From contig CANQQK010000002.1 of assembly GCA_947626015.1 (NCBI GenBank), forward strand, positions 1 to 41,682: a stretch of 41,682 nucleotides of DNA. Direction: 5' to 3'. Positions 23,366 to 32,812 of this stretch are shown piece after piece. This stretch comes from an uncultured Bacilli bacterium (lineage in GTDB: Bacteria; Bacillota_I; Bacilli_A; RF39; UBA660). The translations under genes and the position numbers were made by a program. Every line of letters begins with the position of its first letter. Within the stretch, counting starts at the first letter, position 1. The notes below the pieces were generated by a model. It saw only the letters and a list, made by a program, of their open reading frames with translations. It searched no databases and was not told the origin of the DNA.

Positions 23366-23614
23366 ATGACCTTGGTGAACACTATGAATGACACTGAGAA
23401 AATATTAGAAGTATTAAATCAATTAAGACCTTACTTAAATAGTGAAGGTGGCGATATAGAATTTATTAAATACGAAGATAATTACGTATATATTAAATTA
23501 TATGGAGCTTGCGCTAATTGTGGATTTAGAGATTATACGATTCAAGATAATATCTATGAAGCTATTAAAGAAGAGGTTAAAGATTGTAAAGGGGTTATTA
23601 ATGTAGAGCTATAA
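23366..23614 (+). CDS. NifU-like (Nfu C-terminal domain) Fe-S cluster protein
   Basis: 82 aa. LRPYLNSEGGDIEFIKYEDNYVYIKLYGACANCG carries the CxxC of the NifU C-terminal domain (B. subtilis YutI-like). Confidence 0.85.
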   Translation: MTLVNTMNDTEKILEVLNQLRPYLNSEGGDIEFIKYEDNYVYIKLYGACANCGFRDYTIQDNIYEAIKEEVKDCKGVINVEL

Positions 23615-23617
23615 GCT

Positions 23618-24487
23618 CTACTTTTTTAACCATTCTATTTGATATATATTATAATCGATATTCATTCTTGAAAGCAATTCTTTCAAGAATTTTTCATATC
23701 TAGGAATTAGATCAATTATTTTTAGTAATTCATTCATATCGATGATATCTTCCATATATTCATCTAAGCGATCGAAATAATAACTAGGATATAAAAGTCT
23801 TGCTATTAAGATATTTACTTCTTCATTAGAATAATTACTCTTTAAGATATAACGATATTCTTTATCAACATTAATATCTTCTTTAAATACTTTATTCTTT
23901 AGATATTCCGAATAATCTCTTATTCGGTAATCAATAATCATTTCTGTAGGATCATAATACTTTAAATAGTTAAAGGGATATTCTACTCTTTTATGAGCTA
24001 ATACTCTTTTTAAATTAACATTATTATTTTTTAAACGATTTGCTATTTGAATAGCATTTTCACTTAAACCACTATAATAATTAAAGACACTTAAAAATAA
24101 TAAATCTTTATTATTTTTACAATGTAATAAATCAGCATAGTAATCGAGTCTTTTGGTCCATATATCAGCAATAGCAATATTATGAAAATCATATTCTAAT
24201 CCTTGAAAATCATACCATTTATCCTTTAGAGAATAATCAATCTTTAATAAAACATAGTTTTTATTTTTATAAGTACTTATAGGTACTCTTTTATGATTTA
24301 AAACAATATTATGATAACGAATATGATAATTATTTAAAATCTTAATATTTTCATCTAAGAGATCTTGTTCAATATCTAATCTTTTAAAGAGATAGAGATC
24401 ATTATTATATCTTAGAATACTTTCATAATCGTTTTCTTTTTCGATATCAAAATAGACATTATAATAGTAATATAATATTTGTTTCAT
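23618..24487 (-). CDS. CotS/YutH-like (kinase-fold) protein with degenerate catalytic loop; tentative
   Basis: 289 aa. VLAHKRVEYPFN...MIIDYRIRDYSEYL resembles the HGDxxxxN...IDFD...D motifs of the CotS/APH fold, but with HKR in place of HGD. Spore-related genes are neighbours. Confidence 0.35.
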   Translation of the reverse strand: MKQILYYYYNVYFDIEKENDYESILRYNNDLYLFKRLDIEQDLLDENIKILNNYHIRYHNIVLNHKRVPISTYKNKNYVLLKIDYSLKDKWYDFQGLEYDFHNIAIADIWTKRLDYYADLLHCKNNKDLLFLSVFNYYSGLSENAIQIANRLKNNNVNLKRVLAHKRVEYPFNYLKYYDPTEMIIDYRIRDYSEYLKNKVFKEDINVDKEYRYILKSNYSNEEVNILIARLLYPSYYFDRLDEYMEDIIDMNELLKIIDLIPRYEKFLKELLSRMNIDYNIYQIEWLKK

Positions 24488-24497
24488 ACTATATAAT

Positions 24498-24525
24498 ATA
24501 AAAAAAGAGCATTTTTATGCTCTTT
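24498..24525 (-). terminator. Terminator after the 527-aa gene
   Basis: AAAGAGCAT (24504-12) pairs with ATGCTCTTT (24517-25). A U-run follows on the minus strand. Confidence 0.7.
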
Positions 24526-26107
24526 AATTGGTTTGATTATTAACTGGTAAAGAACCAGGTCCTAAGACAGTATTAGGATTCGTAGTACCAGCATTATAAT
24601 TATTTGGTAATGTTACAGGAATACCAGAAGGATCACTATTAACATAAGCATTGCTTACACGAGGAGTATCTGGTATTGGTTCCGGAACAGGTATTTCCGG
24701 AACAGTTTGAATAGCATCCAAATTGATTAGATTATTAGCACCAACTTCTGCTGTAGCATTTTCTACAGGAGCTGGAGTTTCTTTAGCTACCATATCATTG
24801 ATAGCATCTACTCCCATATTAATGAAATTATCACTCGTAGGTGTTGCAGCAGCAGGTTGTGGAGCTGCTGGAGTGTTTGCTTCAGGCATAGGCGCTGGTG
24901 TAGTTGGAGCACTTGGTGTTGCTGGCGTTGCTACTGGAGCAGTCGGAGCTTCCGCAACTGGTGCGTTAGTTTCCGGAATTGGTACTGCTGGTGTATCATT
25001 AACTGGAACACTTGGTGCTACTGCTGGAGCTTCGGCAACCGGAGCGCTTACTTCAGGTGTAGGTACAGCTGGAGTTTCAGCAACTGGTGCGCTTACCTCA
25101 GGTGTTGGTACTGCAGGAGTATCAACTACTGGAGTTGGCTCCGGAACCGCTGGAACATCTTGTGCTGGTGTTGGTTCCGGAACTGCTGGAGCATCTGGCT
25201 CTGTTGGAGCAACTGGAGCAGCTGGAGTTTCAACCACAGGTGTACTCATCGTTTCGATATTTTCACTAGCAGGTGTTAGTTCTAGTGGACTTCCATCTTG
25301 CATTATATATTGTTTAATAGTTTCGATTGCTTTTAGAGCATCCTCTTTCGTCACCTTATCACTAGGACTTGCCATAACTTCCGTTATGGGTTCAGGTGTC
25401 GTAGGTGCTGAGGTTGGCTCTGGCGTCAATACTGGAGCGGCTTGCATTACGGATGCGCTAATTGGATCTTGAGCCACCGGAGCACTTGGCGCTACTGCCG
25501 GAGCTTCCGTAACTGGTGCTGCTGGTGTTTCTGGAGCAGCTGGAGCAACCGTTTGTGCCGTTAGATCAGGAACCATTGGATGTTCAAAAATACTTTCACC
25601 ACCTGTCGGAGCAGCTGGTGCAGCAGCTTCTGTTGCTGGAGCACTATCACCTACTACCTCACTATTGAAGAATCCTCCAGCACTTGGAGCATTTTGAATA
25701 GCTGGGGTGTCTGGTGCAGTATCTTGAGCATCATTCAATGTTTCCATATTATATTTATCATTTAATGTTTGAATTAAATCGGCTTTAACAGCTAACTTCT
25801 TGGGAATACCTATATTTAAAGGAATAGAGTTTAAATCAATATATTTGATATCGGGATTAATTTCACCATGGGAAATACCATTTAATGTTGTTTTAATATG
25901 TAACCATTCTTCATCGGTTATCTTATCTAACTCTCCAACATTCGTACCTAATTCACCAACATACATCTTGGTTAAATTATTATCAACGATTTCATTTAAA
26001 GTATATAATACATATTTTTTTCCACTAGAAACAAACTGAATGCATGATATACCTTCAGCAACAATACTATTACCGTTTTTATCTATAACAGTTATATTAT
26101 TATTCAT
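24524..26107 (-). CDS. DUF1292-like N-terminal domain fused to ~400 aa Pro/Ala/Thr/Val-rich repeats
   Basis: The N-terminus ITVIDKNGNSIVAEGISCIQFVSSGKKYVLYTLNEI...ITDEEWLHIKTTL fits the DUF1292/UPF0473 pattern. The remainder is PAxP low complexity with an exact tandem TPAVPTPEVSAPVAE x2 (aa 330-359). Confidence 0.5.
   Translation of the reverse strand: MNNNITVIDKNGNSIVAEGISCIQFVSSGKKYVLYTLNEIVDNNLTKMYVGELGTNVGELDKITDEEWLHIKTTLNGISHGEINPDIKYIDLNSIPLNIGIPKKLAVKADLIQTLNDKYNMETLNDAQDTAPDTPAIQNAPSAGGFFNSEVVGDSAPATEAAAPAAPTGGESIFEHPMVPDLTAQTVAPAAPETPAAPVTEAPAVAPSAPVAQDPISASVMQAAPVLTPEPTSAPTTPEPITEVMASPSDKVTKEDALKAIETIKQYIMQDGSPLELTPASENIETMSTPVVETPAAPVAPTEPDAPAVPEPTPAQDVPAVPEPTPVVDTPAVPTPEVSAPVAETPAVPTPEVSAPVAEAPAVAPSVPVNDTPAVPIPETNAPVAEAPTAPVATPATPSAPTTPAPMPEANTPAAPQPAAATPTSDNFINMGVDAINDMVAKETPAPVENATAEVGANNLINLDAIQTVPEIPVPEPIPDTPRVSNAYVNSDPSGIPVTLPNNYNAGTTNPNTVLGPGSLPVNNQTN
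24950..25120 (-). repeat. Coding tandem repeat (45-nt unit, TPAVPTPEVSAPVAE) with a third degenerate copy
   Basis: Read from the translation, aa 330-386. Confidence 0.7.
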
Positions 26108-26154
26108 ACTTATTCCCCTTTATTCCCATTCTCTTATAAAATTATATCACAATA

Positions 26155-26427
26155 TTACTTCTTTTCAAGCAAGAAATACTTGCAATCATAAGCACAATTT
26201 TCTTTAATATAACGATCTAAATTCTTGATATCATTTAAAGGTTTTACATTCTTGTTATCGCTCTTATAAAAACCTTTAATTCTTACTTTACCATAAGCCC
26301 AATCACCAAATATATAATCATATCCATTAAAGTAATCGGTTACTTTTTCTTTAACGACTTCACTATCAAAGCCGTCTTTATAATTCTTACTTACTTCATA
26401 TTCAATATCATTTAATACTATCTTCAT
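26155..26427 (-). CDS. yutD: YutD-like protein (DUF1027)
   Basis: 90 aa. YEVSKNYKDGFDSEVVKEKVTDYFNGYDYIFGDWAYGKVRIKGFY...CAYDCKYFLLEK matches the YutD family pattern as I recall it. Confidence 0.7.
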   Translation of the reverse strand: MKIVLNDIEYEVSKNYKDGFDSEVVKEKVTDYFNGYDYIFGDWAYGKVRIKGFYKSDNKNVKPLNDIKNLDRYIKENCAYDCKYFLLEKK

Positions 26428-26431
26428 GTCC

Positions 26432-27247
26432 TCACCTTATTATTGATGCTATTACTAAACCAATCATTATTTCTGTAGTTATAATACTTAATAACATTAG
26501 TTTATCAACGAAACCATTACCCGTTGTTAATACAATCTTATCTCTTCTTTTAAATAATGGTTTCTTTTCATAATCATATACTCTATTCTCTTCTTCGATA
26601 ATCTTAGCATTTATTAGGTCAATCTCTTCTGATGATAATAACGCTACCGTTTTAATATCTAAACCACATCTACTATAGCGATTAGGATCCAAGAGATTAG
26701 GATTGATCGCCATAATTCTTAATTGGGTGTTAGTAAGTCCATACTTACTATCTTCCCATTTCTTAATGATCAAACCATCATTGGATTTTACTAAAGCTTT
26801 TAATTGCTTTAATTCCCCTTCTGATGGATTAAATATAGTATCGAATTCTAATATCTCTTCTTCAGTAAAACTCTTTCTCTTAGAACGTTTATCGATCATA
26901 TCGATAATGATTCTTTCTATCTCAGATATTAAACCTGCTACTTTCTCATGTGATTTATACTTACGCATAAAGAGATAATATTGATTTAAATATTTAATAA
27001 AATCTAACATTTCACTCTCTTTTAAATCATACATCAAAAGATTACATTCAAATGCTCTTTCATTATCGATACGATATGGAAGTAAGATTGACTTCTCTCC
27101 ATAGATTATCGTTAATGCCTTAATAACAGACATTTCAAATGTATAACAACGTTCATATTCCCCGTTTTCTTTATAACTCATGTATGACTTAATACCATAC
27201 TCAATAGCTGGATTAATAAAATACTTTTCTACATATCGGTATTCCAT
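26432..27247 (-). CDS. Hypothetical protein with C-terminal TM anchor
   Basis: 271 aa with hydrophobic C-terminus LMLLSIITTEIMIGLVIASII. No family recognised. Confidence 0.45.
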   Translation of the reverse strand: MEYRYVEKYFINPAIEYGIKSYMSYKENGEYERCYTFEMSVIKALTIIYGEKSILLPYRIDNERAFECNLLMYDLKESEMLDFIKYLNQYYLFMRKYKSHEKVAGLISEIERIIIDMIDKRSKRKSFTEEEILEFDTIFNPSEGELKQLKALVKSNDGLIIKKWEDSKYGLTNTQLRIMAINPNLLDPNRYSRCGLDIKTVALLSSEEIDLINAKIIEEENRVYDYEKKPLFKRRDKIVLTTGNGFVDKLMLLSIITTEIMIGLVIASIIR

Positions 27248-27298
27248 ATAGTCACCTACTATAACAATAATAACATAATTAATACAATAATTCTAGTG

Positions 27299-28006
27299 TC
27301 AAGCAATGTCCATAATACTTGACGTATTCTTGTAATTACCATTGTAAATACTAGGTACTTTGCCATTGATAACCTTAGAACCTAAAACCATTCTAAAATC
27401 TCTTTTTAACATTTCTTCCTTATAAGGCATAATAATCTTTTGTTCTAAAGATATCGTTAAAGTAACATTTAATAAAGCATTATTAATACCATAATCGATT
27501 ACTTCGGTTTCAATATTACCTAAAACATGTTCATACATACTTATCATAATCGGTATTCTTGCTCCTAAATAAGAAAATAATACCCCTGGAGCGGCATATC
27601 CAAGGGGTATTAAAAGATATAAATTATTATTATAACTATGTAACTCACGATTATTAGGGGTATTACTTATATTACCATTTTCTAAAGCAAATATATTATC
27701 TTGAATATTATCAATAATACCTTTCATAATGTCATATGCTTCATTATAATTGGTTTCAACATAGATAATCTCTTGATCATCATTTAAATATATATTGATA
27801 AGATCATCGATATCATTCTCTGGTAAGATATTCTTCTTAATAATTAAGGTATTGATTTCTTCCGTTTTAGCAACAGCAATATCGATGATCTTAGGAGATA
27901 TATTCTTATTATAGAAATGTAACATAATAAGCGTTACGATAATAATTAATAATATTATTAAATCTAAATGTTTACCTTTAATACTTTTCGTCTTAAACCT
28001 TTTCAT
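27299..28006 (-). CDS. yunB: Sporulation protein YunB
   Basis: 235 aa with an N-terminal TM segment. IPLGYAAPGVLFSYLGARIPI...YGINNALLNVTLTISLEQKIIMPY...GKVPSIYNG parallels B. subtilis YunB (IPLGQ...LGPKIPV...YGINNALIDI...GEVPQFYNG). Confidence 0.8.
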   Translation of the reverse strand: MKRFKTKSIKGKHLDLIILLIIIVTLIMLHFYNKNISPKIIDIAVAKTEEINTLIIKKNILPENDIDDLINIYLNDDQEIIYVETNYNEAYDIMKGIIDNIQDNIFALENGNISNTPNNRELHSYNNNLYLLIPLGYAAPGVLFSYLGARIPIMISMYEHVLGNIETEVIDYGINNALLNVTLTISLEQKIIMPYKEEMLKRDFRMVLGSKVINGKVPSIYNGNYKNTSSIMDIA

Positions 28007-28030
28007 ATTAAAACTTATTCATTTATTACA

Positions 28031-28056
28031 TAAATAAAACCTTCTTACGAAGGTTT
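28031..28056 (-). terminator. Terminator after 28055-28948 gene
   Basis: AAACCTTC (28037-44) pairs with GAAGGTTT (28049-56). TTTTATTTA follows on the minus strand. Confidence 0.6.
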
Positions 28057-28948
28057 ATTTAACAAATAATCCTAGATCTAAGATACCATCTAATATATAA
28101 ACAGCACCTATTACTAAAGTAATTACTACTAAGAAGATAATAATCTTTAAGATTAATGCTCCCGTATCTTTAGCATCAACATCAGAGAACTCATCATATT
28201 TATTAACATCAATATCTAATTTATTTAAAGTTTCTTCGATATGATCTTCTTCCGCTTTTTCCTTTTCTCTTTGTTCTTCCTTTTGTTCTTTAATAACACT
28301 CTCTTCGATGCCTTCTTCATTAGATGATTCTTCATCTAATGGTTCGATTTTAACATCTTCTTCATTTTCTTTTTCTTCATCATCTTTAAGATCACTTAAT
28401 AAATCTAAAGCTCCGGAAGCTTCTTTAGAAAGATTCTTCTTATTCTTAGTTTCTAATTCCGTAATCGTATTGATTAGATTCATTAGATTATCTTCTTCCT
28501 CTTTCTTAACGGTTGTATTCTTAGCTTCTTCAACCTTTTTAAGTTCGAGATCTAAATTATTAAGAATCTCATATTGAGCATCTCTAATCTTTTTTAAACG
28601 TTCTTTACTATAATCAATGGTTTTACCTTTCTTAGCTTTTTCTAAGACAGCATTAATATCATATTCCTTAGTATCTTGTAGGGGTTCTTCAATGATTGGT
28701 TCATCAAATTCAGGTACTTCAATACTTTTTCTTTTAGGAGCTTCTTCATTATATTTTTCATCTAAAAATTTTCTAATCTTACGAACATCAATGGATGAAG
28801 CATCTTCTTCGATGATCGATACATTAGAATTAACATCAAAATTAGTTAAGTTGGTATTACGTACTTCTTCATAGAGAGATTGGTTCTTTTGCATACGAGA
28901 ACTTACCTTATTTTCGGAAGTATTATACTTTTCCATTCTAGATTGCAT
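28055..28948 (-). CDS. Glu/Lys-rich protein with C-terminal TM anchor; unknown function
   Basis: The likely start is ATG 28948 (MQSRMEKYN) after SD GGGTGAG; the track starts at 29005. It has highly charged coiled-coil-like composition and the C-terminus LILKIIIFLVVITLVIGAVYIL. Confidence 0.5.
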   Translation of the reverse strand: MQSRMEKYNTSENKVSSRMQKNQSLYEEVRNTNLTNFDVNSNVSIIEEDASSIDVRKIRKFLDEKYNEEAPKRKSIEVPEFDEPIIEEPLQDTKEYDINAVLEKAKKGKTIDYSKERLKKIRDAQYEILNNLDLELKKVEEAKNTTVKKEEEDNLMNLINTITELETKNKKNLSKEASGALDLLSDLKDDEEKENEEDVKIEPLDEESSNEEGIEESVIKEQKEEQREKEKAEEDHIEETLNKLDIDVNKYDEFSDVDAKDTGALILKIIIFLVVITLVIGAVYILDGILDLGLFVK

Positions 28949-29060
28949 AGCTCTCACCCTACTCATTAAAATTTTATCATATAAAGTCAATATTTGTATA
29001 TACAAGTTGTTTTTTTTATTGTAAATTTGTATAATTTAATTAGAACGGAGGAAATAATTA

Positions 29061-29267
29061 ATGAGTAAAGTTACTGTTGATAAAAATAAGTGTGTAGGAT
29101 GTGGAGCATGTGTTTCTATAGCTCCTGATAACTTTGATTTTGATAATGAAGGTATTTCTACAGTAATCAATGAAGAGGTTACTGAGGAAGCTAAGGATGC
29201 TGAAGAAGCATGTCCAGTACTTGCTATTGATATAGTAGGTGAAGAAAAGAAGGAAGAGGATGAATAA
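29061..29267 (+). CDS. fer: Ferredoxin (single [4Fe-4S]/[3Fe-4S] type)
   Basis: 68 aa. CVGCGACVSIAPDNFDF...EACPVLAI is present, with SD GGAGGA. Terminator AAGAGGATGA/TCATCCTCTT plus T-run lies at 29254-29287. Confidence 0.85.
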   Translation: MSKVTVDKNKCVGCGACVSIAPDNFDFDNEGISTVINEEVTEEAKDAEEACPVLAIDIVGEEKKEEDE

Positions 29268-29284
29268 TAATCATCCTCTTCTTT

Positions 29285-29806
29285 TTATTCACTATCTTCG
29301 ATGAAGGTTTTACTCTTATGAGGTTCATCAAATAGTAAGTCATTATAGTTTTGTTGTCTTAGTGCTTCATAGACCATTATAGCAACAGTATTAGAAAGAT
29401 TTAATGCTCTTACCTTATCGGTCATTGGCATACGCATACAATGATCTAAATGAGGTTTTAAGAGTTTTGGTGGAATACCAGTAGATTCCTTACCAAACAT
29501 AAAATAAATATTTTCATCACTGTTACTATAATCAAATGAAGTATGAGGTTTATGACCATAACGAGTTAGATAATAAAATGTTCCTTTATTTTTACTATAA
29601 AAATCATCGATATTTTCATAAACCGTATAATCACATTTATCGATATAATTTACTCCACTTCTCTTAATATACTTTTCATCTAAAGAAAAACCTAATGGTT
29701 TAATTAAATGTAATTTAGAATTAGTTGCTACACAAGTACGCATTATATTACCAGTGTTACCTGGTATCTCTGGTTCAAATAATACAATATTAATCAATTT
29801 AAACAC
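29285..29806 (-). CDS. trmL: tRNA (cytidine/uridine-34 2'-O)-methyltransferase TrmL (SpoU/TrmH family)
   Basis: INIVLFEPEIPGNTGNIMRTC...MFGKESTGIP...ALNLSNTVAIMVYEALRQ aligns along its whole length with E. coli TrmL. The true start may be TTG at 29797, which follows GAGGTG, rather than GTG at 29806. Confidence 0.9.
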   Translation of the reverse strand: MFKLINIVLFEPEIPGNTGNIMRTCVATNSKLHLIKPLGFSLDEKYIKRSGVNYIDKCDYTVYENIDDFYSKNKGTFYYLTRYGHKPHTSFDYSNSDENIYFMFGKESTGIPPKLLKPHLDHCMRMPMTDKVRALNLSNTVAIMVYEALRQQNYNDLLFDEPHKSKTFIEDSE

Positions 29807-29816
29807 CTCGAAGGTA

Positions 29817-31673
29817 TTATACCACAGAACGTGGTTTTCTTTTTGTAGTTTTCTCCTTTAGAGATATTTCATATATAAAGAATGATATCAACATTGGTGT
29901 TGATACTGCTATTGGTTGTAGATAACGCATATGACCATTTACTGGTGATACAATACACATCAATAATGTTACATATAATGGGAAACATAATATTAAACTT
30001 TGAATCTTTTTCCTCTTAAGTAATTGGAAACTGATAAATATCAAGATCCATACATATATTGGGCAAGAATATAAAAACCCTATAAGAGGTAGATTACTAA
30101 CAATATTAGCAATTTGATACAAATTATTTCTAGCTTCCTCTGTACCTTCTCTAAAACTTATATGATATTTGTTGTTACGAGATTCGATACCATAGAATCC
30201 TAACTCTTCACCTATATAGTTTTTCTTATCAGAGAAAAAGTAACCATATGTATTCTCTAACGTTGCATCGATATAGATAAATGGATGTTTAAAGAACATA
30301 CTAAACCATGCTTTATAATAATCTTTTAAAATTTCATTACTTGGGTAATCAAATATTTCTTGCTTAATATGATCACTTCTAACGGGATTATATTTATTAG
30401 GCAACTCCATAATATCACATTTGAATAATTTTTGAATCTTATCCTTCTCTTCTTTTGTTATATCATTAGGGTAATACTTAATGTACCTTGCGGTTTGTTG
30501 CAATGGTATTGACATTCTTTCCCTAATAAGAGCTGGCAAAATATCCATCTTTGGCAAGAATATATTTCCATAGATATAATTAGCAGATAATATAGAAATA
30601 ATAATAAGAATTATGCAAGCTTTCTTTTCTTTCATAATAATATTATATATTAATAAAGATATCATACATATTATTCCTACATATAATCCAGTATTTCTTG
30701 TACAGAATAAGAAAAGATACATTATTAATAATATTAGATACCTATGAAAACGCATATCTTTCATAATTCGTATATGATAATACTGATATACAAAGATAAA
30801 TAAGAATATCAAATAATAAATTATATCTTTTATTAAAGTTATAGAATTAATTGTCCAAAAAGGAAGGAAAGCATAGAACATTAAAGTTAGTACCCTAACA
30901 ATAAATGGACTATCAATCTTTTCTTGAATCTTTAAACAATAAGCAAATGTTAAAGCATTTATTATGGCTTGTATCATAACATAAATAAAGACACCAAGAT
31001 TTTCACTACCTAAGTAGCGACCGAAGTCTAACAGCCCACCCATTATAAGGGTTAATATTGCGGGATGATGATCATTAAATGTCCATACTCGATAATAAAG
31101 ATTTAATTGCCATACACCATCATACGAAACAGTCCCAGGATAAAAAAATATTAAATAAAATAAACTCATTGATATGGTTAATATAAATGCGCTAAGAAAG
31201 GGATGCTTATAGAATATAAATTCCCATACTTTATTAACCTTAATTTTGCTATCTTTGTATTTGTTTATTAATAATTCTAAATAATTAATTAGTAAATATA
31301 AGAAAGTAGTCATACTTATTAAAAAAACAACGGTCATTATAATGTTATAAATATTAGCCCATAGAATGGTTATTGTAAATGCTTTTTTAAAGCATTTATA
31401 AATTAATATAAAAACCGAAAATATAAATGCATTAATTGCATTTAATGGTTCAACCTTTTTAACCTCTTTAATCATTTTAGATATTATTATGCATAATAAT
31501 ATAAATATTAATGGATATACATAATTAAAGAAGTTAACATCGGTATTTAATCGACATATATTACGACTTATAAAAGTCATGTTATTACAATTTTCGTATA
31601 ATGATGGTACCCAACTTATAAAAAACACTAATAAAAAAGATAATAATGTAGGTACTATATTAAACTTTTTCAT
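29817..31673 (-). CDS. Polytopic (>=12 TM) membrane protein, paralog of 38299-40125; putative GT-C-like glycopolymer-modifying enzyme
   Basis: 618 aa. It shares HPF, YPGxVxYDxxxQL, HHP/HHS, GxxNxGxF, KD and C-terminal SPVNGxMRY motifs with the second copy. Function is inferred from the teichoic-acid gene context only. Confidence 0.55.
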   Translation of the reverse strand: MKKFNIVPTLLSFLLVFFISWVPSLYENCNNMTFISRNICRLNTDVNFFNYVYPLIFILLCIIISKMIKEVKKVEPLNAINAFIFSVFILIYKCFKKAFTITILWANIYNIIMTVVFLISMTTFLYLLINYLELLINKYKDSKIKVNKVWEFIFYKHPFLSAFILTISMSLFYLIFFYPGTVSYDGVWQLNLYYRVWTFNDHHPAILTLIMGGLLDFGRYLGSENLGVFIYVMIQAIINALTFAYCLKIQEKIDSPFIVRVLTLMFYAFLPFWTINSITLIKDIIYYLIFLFIFVYQYYHIRIMKDMRFHRYLILLIMYLFLFCTRNTGLYVGIICMISLLIYNIIMKEKKACIILIIISILSANYIYGNIFLPKMDILPALIRERMSIPLQQTARYIKYYPNDITKEEKDKIQKLFKCDIMELPNKYNPVRSDHIKQEIFDYPSNEILKDYYKAWFSMFFKHPFIYIDATLENTYGYFFSDKKNYIGEELGFYGIESRNNKYHISFREGTEEARNNLYQIANIVSNLPLIGFLYSCPIYVWILIFISFQLLKRKKIQSLILCFPLYVTLLMCIVSPVNGHMRYLQPIAVSTPMLISFFIYEISLKEKTTKRKPRSVV

Positions 31674-31764
31674 TTAATCTCACTCCATGAAATGTATACT
31701 CAATCATGATACTACAAATATACATTTTTATAAAGATGTTTTATGAAAACAAAAAAGACAAGCA

Positions 31765-32274
31765 TTAGCTTGCCAAATTATACATATCTATAAGTTGTTC
31801 GAAATCATCTGCATTTAATATATGATTATCGGAATCAGCTGTATAAGAAGGTTTACCTTCTTTATAAAATACTACAGCTGGGAATGCACTAATTCTTAAA
31901 TTATCTTCTAATTTTAGAGTATTATTTAAGTCTTCCATAAAGTTATCATCATCTTTTAATTCTGTAATATCTAGATACATTACATTATCTATTAAGTTCT
32001 TTTTCTTTAATACTCTTTTGATATCATTTTCATTTTCATGAACCGTTTTATCTTGTAGATAACTTATTACTAGGAAAGTATCAGCATTAATTTCCACTGT
32101 TGTACTCTTTAAATCATCATATAGTACAACATTAGTTGCTAGAGGTGAAACATTAACTTTAGAGTCTTTATAATATTGATACAAATTATAGCTTGCAAAA
32201 CATGCACATATAATTAGAATGATTAAACCTATTAGAATAATATAATTTTTTCTAGGAATATTTCTCTTTGTCAT
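31765..32274 (-). CDS. Membrane-anchored thioredoxin-fold-like protein without CxxC; unknown function
   Basis: The likely start is ATG 32274 (MTKRNIPRK) after SD GAGGATGGTGA. There is one N-terminal TM segment. The C-terminal ISAFPAVVFYKEGKP resembles the Trx-fold cis-Pro region. Confidence 0.45.
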   Translation of the reverse strand: MTKRNIPRKNYIILIGLIILIICACFASYNLYQYYKDSKVNVSPLATNVVLYDDLKSTTVEINADTFLVISYLQDKTVHENENDIKRVLKKKNLIDNVMYLDITELKDDDNFMEDLNNTLKLEDNLRISAFPAVVFYKEGKPSYTADSDNHILNADDFEQLIDMYNLAS

Positions 32275-32344
32275 ACAATCACCATCCTCATATATATCAT
32301 AACAAATTATATAAATCTTAACAACCAAATATTACTAACTATAC

Positions 32345-32369
32345 ATAAAAAAGGCTAGTTTTTAGCCTT
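32345..32369 (-). terminator. Terminator after tagD
   Basis: AAGGCTA (32351-57) pairs with TAGCCTT (32363-69). TTTTTT follows on the minus strand. Confidence 0.65.
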
Positions 32370-32810
32370 CTTTGTACTGCTTGGTTCAGGTATTTGATCA
32401 ATACCATTAATTGCTTCTTGTAGTCCTAAATCCTTTTTAATTTTAGTTGTTGATATGCCTTCAGTACGATCTAGATATACCACTTCACAATAATCTTTTA
32501 AGTAATCAAACTTATCAGATCCTGCCCAGTCACTACCCATAACAACAATATCGATATGATAATCTTTAACATCAGATATCTTTTGTTCCCAGTTTTCTTC
32601 TGGGATTACTAAATCAACATATCGAATTGCTTCAAGCATTTTCTTTCTTGTTTCATAGTTATGATAAGCTTTCTTACCTTTTACTTCATTAAATTCATCA
32701 GTAGATAACGCTACTACTAAATAATCACCTAAAGCTTTAGCTCTTTGTAAAAGTCTTATATGACCATAGTGTAATAAATCAAATGTTCCATAAGTTAAAA
32801 TTCTTTTCAT
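32355..32810 (-). CDS. tagD: Glycerol-3-phosphate cytidylyltransferase
   Basis: 151 aa. The sequence reads MKRILTYGTFDLLHYGHIRLLQRAKALGDYLVVALSTDEFN...RYVDLVIPE...GISTTKIK. The HxGH and RTEGISTT motifs are present. Confidence 0.92.
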   Translation of the reverse strand: MKRILTYGTFDLLHYGHIRLLQRAKALGDYLVVALSTDEFNEVKGKKAYHNYETRKKMLEAIRYVDLVIPEENWEQKISDVKDYHIDIVVMGSDWAGSDKFDYLKDYCEVVYLDRTEGISTTKIKKDLGLQEAINGIDQIPEPSSTKKAKN

Positions 32811-32812
32811 AG

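Noticed and set aside
24723-25765. Plus-strand ORFs (249 aa, 140 aa and others) antisense to the Pro/Ala/Thr-rich gene.
   Set aside because: Same cause as above: they are the antisense of GCN/CCN/ACN repeats. They have no translation signals, and their composition (Gly/Ala/Ser/Val or Trp/Cys-rich) is implausible.
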